Shown here piece by piece: positions 12,201 through 23,951 of a stretch of 64,000 nucleotides of DNA. Where the stretch lies: positions 434,001-498,000 of the forward strand of contig NOWV01000001.1 of the NCBI GenBank assembly GCA_003344405.1, read 5' to 3'. The notes below the pieces were generated by a model. It was not told the origin of the DNA, did no database searches, and saw only the letters and a program-made list of their open reading frames with translations. The stretch's first letter is position 1. Each line of letters opens with the position of its first letter. The translations under genes were made by a program, and so were the position numbers. The DNA is from Trichoplax sp. H2 (lineage: Eukaryota).

Positions 12201-15200
12201 AAAATTACTCCCATCCTAGTATTTAATCCATTTCTGTAAATCTATCTTAAAATTTGAATGATAGACTAACCACATCATGATGAACTTGTTTACTTTCGTT
12301 GTACAGCTGTTGCTCTACTTGACGATTCATAATATCATTGGTATACTCGTTCATTTGCCTTTTAATGCGTTCACTTTCTTCTGATTCTTGTTGACGTAAA
12401 TTTAGCTCTCGTTGCTTAACACTTTCAGCTAAATCATTAATTTTTTGCTCATTTTGAAGCACTTCATCTCGATGTTTAGTAAGCTGAACTTCATCTTCTT
12501 TTAATTTACGAATCCTTTCATCCAGCATTCGTTGTTGTCGAGCTTCTTCTTCGATTAACTGAGCGACATCTTGTTGTCGTATACGATGCTCATATACTTG
12601 ATAGAGTTGCCTGTTATCGTTTTGCAAATGATCAAATATTAGTAACGGCAGTAGTCATAATTCATAATTTATTTACTGCTCAAAATTTGAATTCCAAATC
12701 ATTCGTTATCATATTAGGCTAAAACAATCCATAACTTACTTTAAGTATAAAATAACACCATAGTTATCGTGGCCACTCGTAACATCCCATGAGTTAACTT
12801 GTTTAGGAATAGACAATTCTCGTTCAGCAGTATCGAAAGCTAAATTGCATCTTTCAATGGGTGTAAGTATATCTAATTTCTATTTTGTAAAAAAGTAAAA
12901 TAGTAAATGAGAATGAATATACTAGCATCTAAAAATTGACAAAAGGTAACTGTTTTTCGAGAAAGTCAATAGGGAATGAGAGAATTTAGATCATCGAGAC
13001 TAAAAGCTAATAACAATTAGTAACTCTTGCAGCTGTCATTTAAATTCAATTCTTACCTCTTTTGGTATTGAAGTACCGCAAATTTTGCTGACCACTTCAT
13101 AAAGAATACGAGCATCATAGAATCTAATTGAGATTGAAAATGATTGAGTAATATTCTATATCGAAAGTTAACGATGGATCATTATCATTATAAATGTATA
13201 TTAAAATAAATTAAATTAAGCCGCCATATGAAACACGCTAGTCAACGTTTCTATTCAGAAATTAGTTATTATGATGGCTTTGAACTAAATCAGCATCAAT
13301 TGTACTTTAAATATAATGAATTCATATTTAAGCTTGGTTATGAAGTAAAATTTTAATTTAATTAAATGCGCTGGGCAATCGGATCCCGCCTACATTAAAT
13401 GTAGTACGGAATACTGAAGATAGTATTTTAAAAGATAGAAATCTGCTATTGGACCTGTGACATTGATAATAGTTTAGTACGAAACTTAAAATTCTAATCT
13501 AGGAATTATGGACAGGATATATAGGATAACCTGGATTAAAAGCCGAAAGAAAGCATACAAACTTCTTACTGATTATAACTTTGGATTGGAATCCCTGTAA
13601 GGCCTGTTACCCATGATAAAACGGACAGATCTTCCTTGTCTAATGTAGTCAAATCTGCTTGACTTCCAGCCAAATTGGATTGACTGCTATTAATATAGCT
13701 ATTACTAATGCCTGCCGATGGAGGTTTATACAATGGTGGATAGCCTATGCAACAAGTAGATATTGATAATACGCATCAATTATTTGAAATTATATTCATT
13801 TTTTTCTTTTGTATCAGGATAGCATCGACAAGATCAAACCCGGGCTATAACATACCATTTTTGACATTTGCTTCAACTCTCAATCTTAGGAGATGGCACA
13901 TAGTTAACATGGTCTTGACATTTCCAGAAGCCAATTCTATCACAAATACACCAGGCAATCCAAATTTGAGAATCAGTATATTATAAATTATCATTCCTAA
14001 GATTATTTATAAATAATCAATATTACAAGAGTAATAAAAAATATACCTTCAGCACGAATTCCAGTCACGTTAATTCCTCTCTCAGCCATGAAATTAATAC
14101 ATTCTTTAGTGTTTTCAATCTTTTGGACCCTTAGCTTGGGTAGTGTATAATACTTGGCTAGGCGTTCACCGGCTAATAAAGAGTTGGTGATATATATGAT
14201 CGGGGTAGTTAAAAGTAAGAATAAATTAGGATTTAATGATAGAAATCGCCCTTATTATCTCTCGATATACGAGCGTAGTAGTAATAATTTACCTAACGCT
14301 TCTAAAAGTTTAATTAGAGTTAAGCCATCTGAGAGTTGCTCTTCAAGATTAACAATCAGAGGATGCCCGGTTTTAGAAATGTAGCTATTAATCCATTTCA
14401 TACATTCCTGATGATAAAAGAGAATAAAGCTATTGGTTAAAAGTCTACCTCTATATAAAATTAGTAATAAGTTGCAGATGATACAACATTATGTTATATA
14501 GTATACTCATTAACTGAAAGATTGAAAAGATTAATTCAATTCTAATACTATAGCACTGCTAGTGAATGCAAGCTGCATGTGATATGATATTTATTGGCAA
14601 AGACTATAGTCTAGAAAATGTATCGAATCTATTCATCTTAAATTCTACTTTCTAGTTCTTTTAAGAAATACTTTATATTTACTTGTTTGTCTTGTTCAAT
14701 AGATGCAGCAGTCGAACCGTCGGAATCAGGAAGTTTGCCGGTTGATCCGTAGTAGTATTGCAAGTGAGGCAACGAAGAAGCAGCAAAATTGGCATTGTTT
14801 ATTCCTCCTCCGGTGCTGCCGGAATTCATGCCACCAATACCACCGTTGGTAACTATTCCGGTTGAGCTACAAGATTTCAAATTAAGGTTTAAAATAAGAT
14901 ATTGAAATGGATTTGAAACCATTTATCCTAACTATGGCCGTTATAATTTCATTTTACTTATAAAATTAGGATGATAGCATTTTAAATTTATATCGTAAAT
15001 GATTAGCCAGTAAATTTTGTTACAGGAAAGAAAAGATTTATAACAGTATTAAACGGATGATGAACGAAGAATCTTTCTTTGGAATATGTGCTCTGATTTA
15101 TATTAGATATTCGTACAAATAAAATAGAAAGGAGATAAAATATTATTATTCCACCTCTGATAACTAGAGATTTTAAAACTATATTTTGTACTGCAACATT

Positions 15201-17658
15201 TACATTTTATACTATATTTAGCGTAAGGTTTAACGTCCCTGTTTCCTACCAAGGTAAATCATACTATGGATGTACTGTAATAGTTTAGTTTGATATTATG
15301 ATATCTGCGAAGGGAGTCAGACTTAAAAAATAACTTGAAAAAGAAGTTTATAAGACTAATCTTTCAGACTATAATGATTAATCGTTATTAACTTTGCTGT
15401 GCTGTAATAAATTGAATCTTGCGATAGTCATAAAAGAAAAATTAGGTTTATATTAATTATAAGAGCTCAAAAGAGCTTCAAGGGATGAAATAATGATAAC
15501 TATTGCTATCGTGAACTTAATTATAGACTCTATTAGAGGGCACAAAATAATGAATGTCTCGTGTAATTCACTTAATAGCTTTTAGATGAAAAGAGTCAGT
15601 ACAATATATTATTTTTTGTGATCTTTAACTTTTCAGTATTTCTTTTCTTGCATTACTGATATTTTAATAGATATGAGCATTGACTGTGATGGCGGTAAGT
15701 AACTTTATCAGATTAATAGTTTTCTCTTAACGTAAAATAATAGCGCAAGAGTCATAAATGGATGTAGTTACTTTAAAATTGACATATATCCGAGTTACTG
15801 GTTTGGGTTTATATAGCTGACATTTTTTGGACATTTTCCCTCATTATTTTATTATAAGCTAAATGGTTTCGTAATATACGCTTGATTATATTATACAATA
15901 TTAAACCGTTAGATTTATTTAACGGTTAAGTTACTTGTGTTATTCATTTTTTTAAAGTGTGTCATCTAATGAAACAATAACAATAACGGATAGTTTTATG
16001 ATGTTGGAAATGATAGTATTTACATTGAAAACATTTCAACTTTATTTAGTAGTGATCAAACTTTGACTATATTTTTTTATTTGGGGTATAACTGATGTAT
16101 GCGTACTATTTTTGCTAATGTATTTAATATTAATATGGTGCCATGCTAATATGAAAATTAATACCTAGTAGAATATTGTACGTGCAGAGTCAGAAATGCT
16201 TTCTAATAATGTAGCAATTCTTCTTTGACCTCAAGTATGATACAATTATTTGCACTAAATGCTAGAATTTTATCTGACCAGAACTATCCACAAAATTTGA
16301 CTAATTAGTGATTCGATAGATATACGTATTTGTGAGACACATCATAACACTAGCATCAATCTATGCACTCGTGTTAAAATAATAAAATGTTATTTATCTA
16401 CTATACGTTAGATTAAAATACAATTACAATTTTTTACGAGGTTAGATGGATATTTCAATGGCTCTTTGACAAATATCAGGATCGATTATGATCTGATAAT
16501 AAAATATGAACTACTTACTATGTACTAAATTGAGAAGATCTATTTCCGACTTTTAGAAACGGCCAGATAGATCTTTCATAGCTATTTAATAACGTTAGTA
16601 TCAATTCTGGTTTGATGATATGAAGTTCATTATCTACTGAGATGCGTTATCGCTAATATCAATTCTGCTCCGATAAGAAGGTAATAAGGGTAACGGTACT
16701 ATATACGTATTAGTCGAAGATCGCCTATTTATGTTTATACTTATAATCGGGTATATAGATATATTTGAAGATATTTAATAAGGCTAGTATAAATTCTACT
16801 GCAATGATAATTATAACCAATTTATTACTATCTAAGTTATCTTGAAAGATCTAAATTTGATTTGTATTAACGGTACGATAGATATTGTCAGAGATCCTTT
16901 TCTAATACTAGTGTCTATTTTGTTCTGATGTCAATTATGTGAATAAATGCGAAGTTTATTAGTTTAAATAAGGTCTATTTTTAGTATATAAATGAAGATT
17001 AATGATGTTCAGATATGTTTAGTGTGAGTAAAAAATGGTTAGTTCTATTTATCAAAAGTCACGTAGCGATACGATTTAGAATATATAACTCTGCGTCGTC
17101 AGTGATTGCATTAATATCCATGCTATTGCTTTCTTTTCTATATTGCAAGTGCTGAGATAATTTATCGTCCATATTCTATTCTTCAATTTCTTACTTAGTT
17201 CACTCTTGATGTTATAGAAAAGGAAAATATAAGGGCTATAAAAAATAGTTTTCAATTTTATATTGATTTGGATAAGGATAATTATGTCGATGCGTTTAAA
17301 TCCTGATAGGTATGATCAGTAAGGTTACATCTACGATTCTAGCGCATAAAATTGGATTATCTTCATTGATTCTATGACCGATTAAGCTATCCCATCGAGC
17401 CAATGTACTATATATGGATGGATATCATGATCATTTCTCAATAAATGGTCGATGCTATACTGTTTAAATTGGATAAAATCGATGCTCTTTATTGATTGTA
17501 CTCCCGCCATTACCCTCATTATTATGATTAAAATGGGGCCAATTTAATATTCAACAATTTAGCGAATACAATTTGCAATTTGGCAAGCCTCATCGTCCAT
17601 ACTTTGCTACCCACTATCGTTCTAGGATGTTAGAAATTTCTTACCTGGCTCCATCCAT
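9283..17658 (-). CDS. Tandem calponin-homology (CH1-CH2) actin-binding domain protein with long coiled coil and Ser/Pro/basic tail, ~1129 aa
   Basis: Ten phase-consistent GT-AG exons: 17658-17645, 14866-14683, 14407-14293, 14172-14047, 13936-13856, 13744-13570, 13123-13057, 12879-12740, 12610-12271, 11430-9283 (3390 nt). CH1: MKWINSYI..NLEEQLSDGLTLIKLLEALAGE..QKIENTKECINFMAERGINVTGIRAEELASGNVKTML. CH2: VLSWV..QFYDARILYEVV..ERCNLAFDTAERELSIPKQVNSWDV..GVILYL. The 14-nt first exon is the least certain. Confidence 0.88.
11408..12210. repeat. Six degenerate 122-148 bp tandem units, each copying the last intron/exon junction of the CH gene
   Basis: Acceptor-equivalent positions at 11431, 11564, 11686, 11812, 11951, 12099. 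Shared core (+ strand) tcctcttgtt..attgcctatcctactc..tgaagtc..tatgaatcgattaatt..ttaaggtacagtagcta. Confidence 0.85.
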
Positions 17659-19158
17659 TTCTTAATGGTAATAATTAGGCAATAAAGGCCAATCAGTCCG
17701 TGAATTTATCGCGTGATTTTATTAACGAAAAGTGATGACTGTCTGTGTTAGCGATGGGCGTCGAGGAACGCTTGATTTTCTTGTCAACGACGCGGTTTAG
17801 CTTGGAAAATTGAATGCATTGAGGTAACGTGACTAGGATAATACGCAGGCGTAGAAATACATTTAGTGGATTTTCAATGGAGAATAATTGCCAACAGGCC
17901 AGGTAATAATGGGGGACTATCCGTGAAAGTAGGAGGATAGACTATGAGAATGAGTTATTTTATTATAGAACACGATGGAACGAGGGTTATCCATTGAATA
18001 TTGTGTCCATGAAGTATAATCTTGGCAGATCTATAGATTTTATGAGATGGCCTACACTTTGCAAGTAGAAATAGAGCTGTTGTAACGATTTGCTTTCTAG
18101 CTAGATTACGGGTACATCGTATATATAGGAATATACCGTTATATATATCTTTGATAGTGTATAGTAATATTATTTTCAAACAAGTTATGTTGATTATAAT
18201 ACCCTTGTAATGATCATTACATGTATGCTGCTTGCTGTATGGCTCCATTTGCAGCTGGTTGCTGGCTTTGATAACTACAGTCGGATAGCTAGGGTTACGA
18301 GGAAGCATCATAAAGGGTTTATCCGTGAAAGTACAACAGTAGACTCCAGGGACGTATGAATTCGACGCGATTCTAGAGAACGCACAAGTTATCACAGTGT
18401 CGATTTATTATGATCTTATTTAAACTATTGTTTTTATAATGTTCTACTCTTTCCAAGTAGAATTAGAGTAACCATTTACTTTCTAGTCTAACTACATGTA
18501 GCTCTGATGATATCCGGCTAAACTTTCATAGGATACAGTAAAGTCGCTGTATCCAAGGATACAGTTAATAGTCTTTATACGTTGGCTGTTGTATCGCTGT
18601 ATCTCCAGGTGATTGTAGCTTTTATCATCGTAGTGTTAGGATAGTTGGGATAGAACAATATTGACAGAGTGATGCTTTAATCGTTCTAATTGAATTCAAT
18701 TAAAATATATCGTTCCTTAGTTCAAATTCAATATGGATCTAGTACACTGTTGATGGTGACTAGTACAGTAATTTATAGTAAGTGGTGCAGCATCGAATAA
18801 TCTGCAATAATAACAGCATGGGTACACGCATCGTACGGTATTCCCTAAAAGAAAGTAAATTCTAGAAGTTGAAGAAGACAGCTGCCCTCTACTCTACACA
18901 AGGCAGGCTTAGTGCTCAGCATGGAGGTTAAAAACGGAAGATGTATAATAGTTTTAAAATGACTAAAAAATAAATACAGGATCACTTTTGCAGCAATCTT
19001 CACTGTCGTTCCATTCGAAGAAAGTCGTCTGTAGCCTTAACTCGGCGTGCATCTATTGCAAGAGGGAGTAAAGCTGAGAGCTAGTATATAAGCCACCTGC
19101 ACAAACGGGGACCGCTATCATTGACTCAGAATATACTAGTGGATTCTCACTTTCACTT

Positions 19159-21358
19159 GTACTGTGCCTTGATTTTACGTAAGATCGAGCCTCTAGTCAT
19201 GGACTTTGTATAAAATAAAGTTAGCTTTCTTCTGTAGTCCATGACCTGATCTGTTGGAGAACTATCATATGATCTGTCGTAGTACTATCGTAGTACTGTG
19301 CCTTGATTTTACGTAAGATCGAGCCTCTAGCTATGGACTTCGTATAAAATAAAGTTAGCTTTCTTTAGTAGTCCATAGCCTGATCTGTCGTAGTACTATC
19401 GTGGTACTGTGCCTTAATTTTACGTAAGATCGAGCCTNNNNNNNNNNNNNNNNNNNNTAAAGCTGAGAGCTAGTATATAAGCCACCTGCACTAACGGGGA
19501 CCGCTATCATTGGCTCAGAATATACTAGTGGATTCTCACTTTCACTTGTACTGTGCCTTGATTTTACGTAAGATCGAGCCTCTAGTCATGGACTTTGTAT
19601 AAAATAAAGTTAGCTTTCTTCTGTAGTCCATGACCTGAAATGTCGTAGTACTATCGTAGTACTGTGCCTTGATTTTACGTAAGATCAAGCCTCTAGCTAT
19701 GGACTTCGTATAAAATAAAGTTAGCTTAGTACTATCGCAGTACTGTGCCTAGATTTTACGTAAGATCGAGCCTCTAGCTATGGGCTTCGTATAAAATAAA
19801 GTTAGCTTTCTTCAGTAGTCCATAGCCTGATCTGTCGTAGTACTATCGTAGTACTGCGCCTTAATTTTACGTAAGATCGAGCCTCTAGCTATGGGCTTCG
19901 TATAAAATAAAGTTAGCTTTCTTCAGTAGTCCATAGCCTGATCTGTCGTAGTACTATCGTAGTACTGTGCCTTAATTTTACGTAAGATCGAGCCTCTAGC
20001 TATGGGCTTCGTATAAAATAAAGTTAGCTTTCTTCAGTAGTCCATAGCCTGATCTGTCGTAGTACTATCGTAGTACTGTGGCTTAATTTAAACGTAAGAT
20101 CGAGTCACTAGTCATGGACTTCGTATAAAATAAAATTAGCTTTCTGCAGTAGTCCATGGCCAGATCTGTCGTAGTACTATCGTAGTACTGTGCCTTAATT
20201 TTACGTAAGATCGAGCCTCTAGTCATGGACTTCGTATAAAATAAAGTAGGTTTTCTTCAGTAGTCCTTGGCCTGATCTGTCGGAGAACTATCGTATGATC
20301 TGTCGTAGTACTATCGTAGGATTATGCCTTGATTTTACGTAAGATCGAGCCTCTAGTCATGGACTTCGTATAAAATAAAGTAGGTTTTCTTCAGTAGTCC
20401 TNNNNNNNNNNNNNNNNNNNNTGTGCCTTGATTTTACGTAAGATCGAGCCTCTAGCTATGGACTTCGTATAAAATAAAGTTAGCTTTCTTTAGTAGTCCA
20501 TAGCCTGATCTGTCGTAGTACTATCGTGGTACTGTGCCTTAATTTTACGTAAGATCGAGCCTCTAGTCATGGACTCCGTATAAAATAAAATTAGCTTTCT
20601 GCAGTAGTTCATGGCCAGATATGTCGTAGTACTATCGTAGTACTGTGCCATGATTTTACGTAAGATCGAGCCTCTAGTCATGGACTTTGTATAAAATAAA
20701 GTAGGTTTTCTTCAGTAGTCCTTGGCCTGATCTGTCGGAAAACTATCGTATGATCTGTCGTAGTACTATCGTAGGATTATGCCTTAATTTTACGTAAGAT
20801 CGAGCCTCTAGCTATGAGCTTCGTATAAAATAAAATTAGCTTTCTGTAGTAGTCCATGGCCAGATCTGTCGTAGTACTATCGTAGTACTGTGCCATGATT
20901 TTACGTAAGATCGAGCCTCTAGCCATGGACTTCGTATAAAATAAAGTTGGTTTTCTTCAGTAGTCCTTGGCCTGATCTGTCGGAGAACTATCGTATGATC
21001 TGTCGTAGTACTATCGTAGGATTATGCCTTAATTTTACGTAAGATCGAGCCTCTAGTCACGGACTTCGTATAAAATAAAGTTGGTTTTCTTCAGNNNNNN
21101 NNNNNNNNNNNNNNGATCTGTCGTAGTACTATCGTAGGATTATGCCTTAATTTTACGTAAGATCGAGCCTCTAGTCATGGACTTCGTATAAAATAAAGTA
21201 GGTTTTCTTCAGTAGTCCTTGGCCTGATCTGTCGTAGTACTATCGTAGGATTATGCCTTAATTTTACGTAAGATCGAGCCTCTAGTCACGGACTTCGTAT
21301 AAAATAAAGTTGGTTTTCTTCAGAAGTCCATGGCCAGATGTGTCGAAGAACGATCGTA
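19159..21358. repeat. 111-bp tandem satellite (134-bp variant with 23-bp internal duplication), interrupted by three N gaps
   Basis: gttagctttcttcag at 19801, 19912, 20023 (period 111). Unit: gtactgtgccttaattttacgtaagatcgagcctctagctatggacttcgtataaaataaagttagctttcttcagtagtccatagcctgatctgtcgtagtactatcgta. Confidence 0.97.
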
Positions 21359-22096
21359 GCTACTCGTGGTAAGGACTTGAGAGTGTGTATCATACAAAGG
21401 AGAGTGTGCTATAAAGGAGTATCAAGCAATTACTCAGTATTAATACAGAAGTAACTGATTCAGATGGTGATGAGAAATGTGTATCAACCAAGACATATGG
21501 CATCGATTTTGAGCCTACTATCACCAGCATTAATGGGGGTGAAAAGTGTTAATCTTCAATGGTTGCGCTATAGATCATAATGAGTGTTTAGATTATACTT
21601 CGATTCTGCAATTTGAGATAGTATGGATCGCATAAGAGACTTTTTGGAAGAATCTGCCATAGTCAAGAGAGGAGTGAGTCCGAGATGACAGTATACTTGT
21701 TATACAAACACTAGACAACTTCCTTGGTAAAGGGGTAGTACAGTGGCTAGACGAATCAACGATTTACTGTTCCATGTAGTGGTACACAAGTCATACTGTA
21801 GCCTTCAATCTTAAGATACAGTAGGATACTTGGCTCATTTCACCACAAGTATAAACAACAATCATAGTAACAGCGCAGTGCTCGAATACTGCACGACCAT
21901 CTCTCGCCATTTTGCCTTGTTCCGATAAATGAATTAGCCAAGATTTTAGCTAGGAAAGGAAGAAGATGTACAGCGATAGAAGTCTTTGAACATAGGTTGA
22001 TCCAAGGCACAAGAACGTAAGACAGAAAAGTAATAGCTGGAATTGCTATGTAGATTTATCGCATAAAAGGCTAGTGTAGTTCATATGAGAATGGCA

Positions 22097-23155
22097 TAAA
22101 CTCTTGCTGCAATCTTAGCTAGATTTGAATACGATATAAACTGTTGCTGCAGTCTTTGCTAGACTTGAATACCATATAAACTCTTGCTGCAATCTTCGCT
22201 GGACCTGAATACGATATAAACTGTTGCTGCAGTCTTTGCTAGACTTGAATACCATATAAACTCTTGCTGCAACCTTAGCTAGACTTACACGGTATAAAGT
22301 TACTGAACCTCTGACAGGTCTACTGAGTACGACAAATGGTAATACTATCTGTTAAATGAGCACATTATCGTAAACCGTCAGCAAAGCGACGGGAGTTTGC
22401 ACTAGTAAACTCTTAACTGCAATCTTAGCTAGACTTGAATACGATCTAAACTCTTGCTGCAATCTTAGCTAGACTTGAATACCATATAAACTCTTGCTGC
22501 AATCTTTGCTGAACTTAAATACCATATAAACTCTTGCTGCAATCTTTGCTGGACTTAAATACCATATAAACTCTTGCTGCAATCTTCGCTGGACCTGAAT
22601 ACCATATAAACGCTTGCTGCAATCTTAACTAGATTTGAATATGATCTAAACTCTTACTGCAANNNNNNNNNNNNNNNNNNNNTAAAAGGCTAGTGTAGTT
22701 CATATGAGAATGGCATCAACTCTTGCTGCAATCTTAGCTAGATTTGAATACGATATAAACTGTTGCTGCAGTCTTTGCTAGACTTGAATACCATCTAAAC
22801 TCTTGCTGCAATCTTCGCTGGACCTGAATACGATATAAACGCTTACTGCAATCTTAGCTATGTTTGAATACGATATAAACTCTTAACTGTAATCTTAGCT
22901 AGACTTGAATACGATCGAAACTCTTGCTGCAATCTTAGCTAGACTTGAATACCATCTAAACTCTTGCTGCAATCTTTGCTGGACTTAAATACCGTATAAA
23001 CTCTTGCTGCAATCTTCGCTGGACCTGAATACCATAGAAACGCTTACTGCAATCTTAGCTAGATTTGAATATGATCTAAACTCTTACTGCAATCTTAGCT
23101 AGACTTGAATATCATATAAACGCTTGCTGCAATCTTAGCTGGGCTTGAATACTAT
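22097..23155. repeat. 40-bp minisatellite
   Basis: Unit ctcttgctgcaatcttagctagacttgaataccatataaa repeated head-to-tail, with a unique insert at ~22290-22405 and an N gap at 22663-22682. Confidence 0.97.
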
Positions 23156-23951
23156 ACGATATTGAGTAGTTAGAGAATGAATGGATGATAATCAATAGGT
23201 ACATACGAGTACAGAAGCATCATTTCAATCGATTAAATTGACTTTCTTCTTCTTTACAGTCGAGTTATCAAATCGCGATACTGTATCAGCTTTGATGGTG
23301 GAAGAGATTGATTAGGTGTCAAATCAGATGTTAGCTTGTACAGTAAGTAGCAATGTATCGCATGGACTATTTATAGTCAGTAGCTGTATGATTCTTTCTA
23401 GACCAATAGATTCAAATTTATTTCCATATTGACTTTCTACATTACACTTTCATTCATATTTAGTCATCTATGGTAGCTCATGTATTGCCAGTACATTGAA
23501 TAATATCTATAAATATTCCAGTTATACAACGTGCATTCAGATTTGTCATATATGGTAGTCTACATGCTGCTAGCTCGTTGAGTACGTGTTAATAAAATAC
23601 TGTGTTCAAGTTACTACGTATTTATGTTGTCATACACATACTTACAGTAGATTGCTGACACACTTGGCACCGGTGAACATTCCAAGCTATATGCTGTATA
23701 CTCATACTATTCATCCGTAGTAGCTCATACATGCCAGCATATTGAGTAGCTGAAAATATTCACTGTATTGTATGCTCGTATGTCCTACACACTGTACATC
23801 CAATTATATAATATCTACGTAATGGCATAGAAATAAAAGGAAATATTACTAAATCAAGGTAGATATTGATTTGAGTAAGCCAACTGTTTTGTACTTACTC
23901 TATATTTTACTCTTCATCATTCACAGCTGGAACTTTGACAACTAGAATATC

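Noticed and set aside
16440..16930. Very degenerate repeats in CH-gene intron 1 (similar traces at 23460-23750 and 29880-30440)
   Set aside because: Too decayed to define unit or boundaries by eye; likely old neutral duplications.
17955..18395. 146-codon minus-strand ORF
   Set aside because: Non-ATG start, no recognisable domain, composition like random AT-rich translation.
19770..20050. Hammerhead ribozyme in the 111-bp unit (minus strand has CTGAAGA = CUGANGA next to the stem)
   Set aside because: The partner is GAAG rather than GAAA, no stem III/UH cleavage site can be built, and CTGAAGA is lost in several copies. Not supported without a covariance-model search.
20490..20681. Repeat-protein ORF (37-aa unit) in the satellite
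   Set aside because: Most units have an in-frame stop and the 134-bp variants break frame.
19159..23155. CRISPR array interpretation of the 111-bp and 40-bp repeats
   Set aside because: Units are head-to-tail with no unique spacers, the context is eukaryotic, and no cas genes are present.
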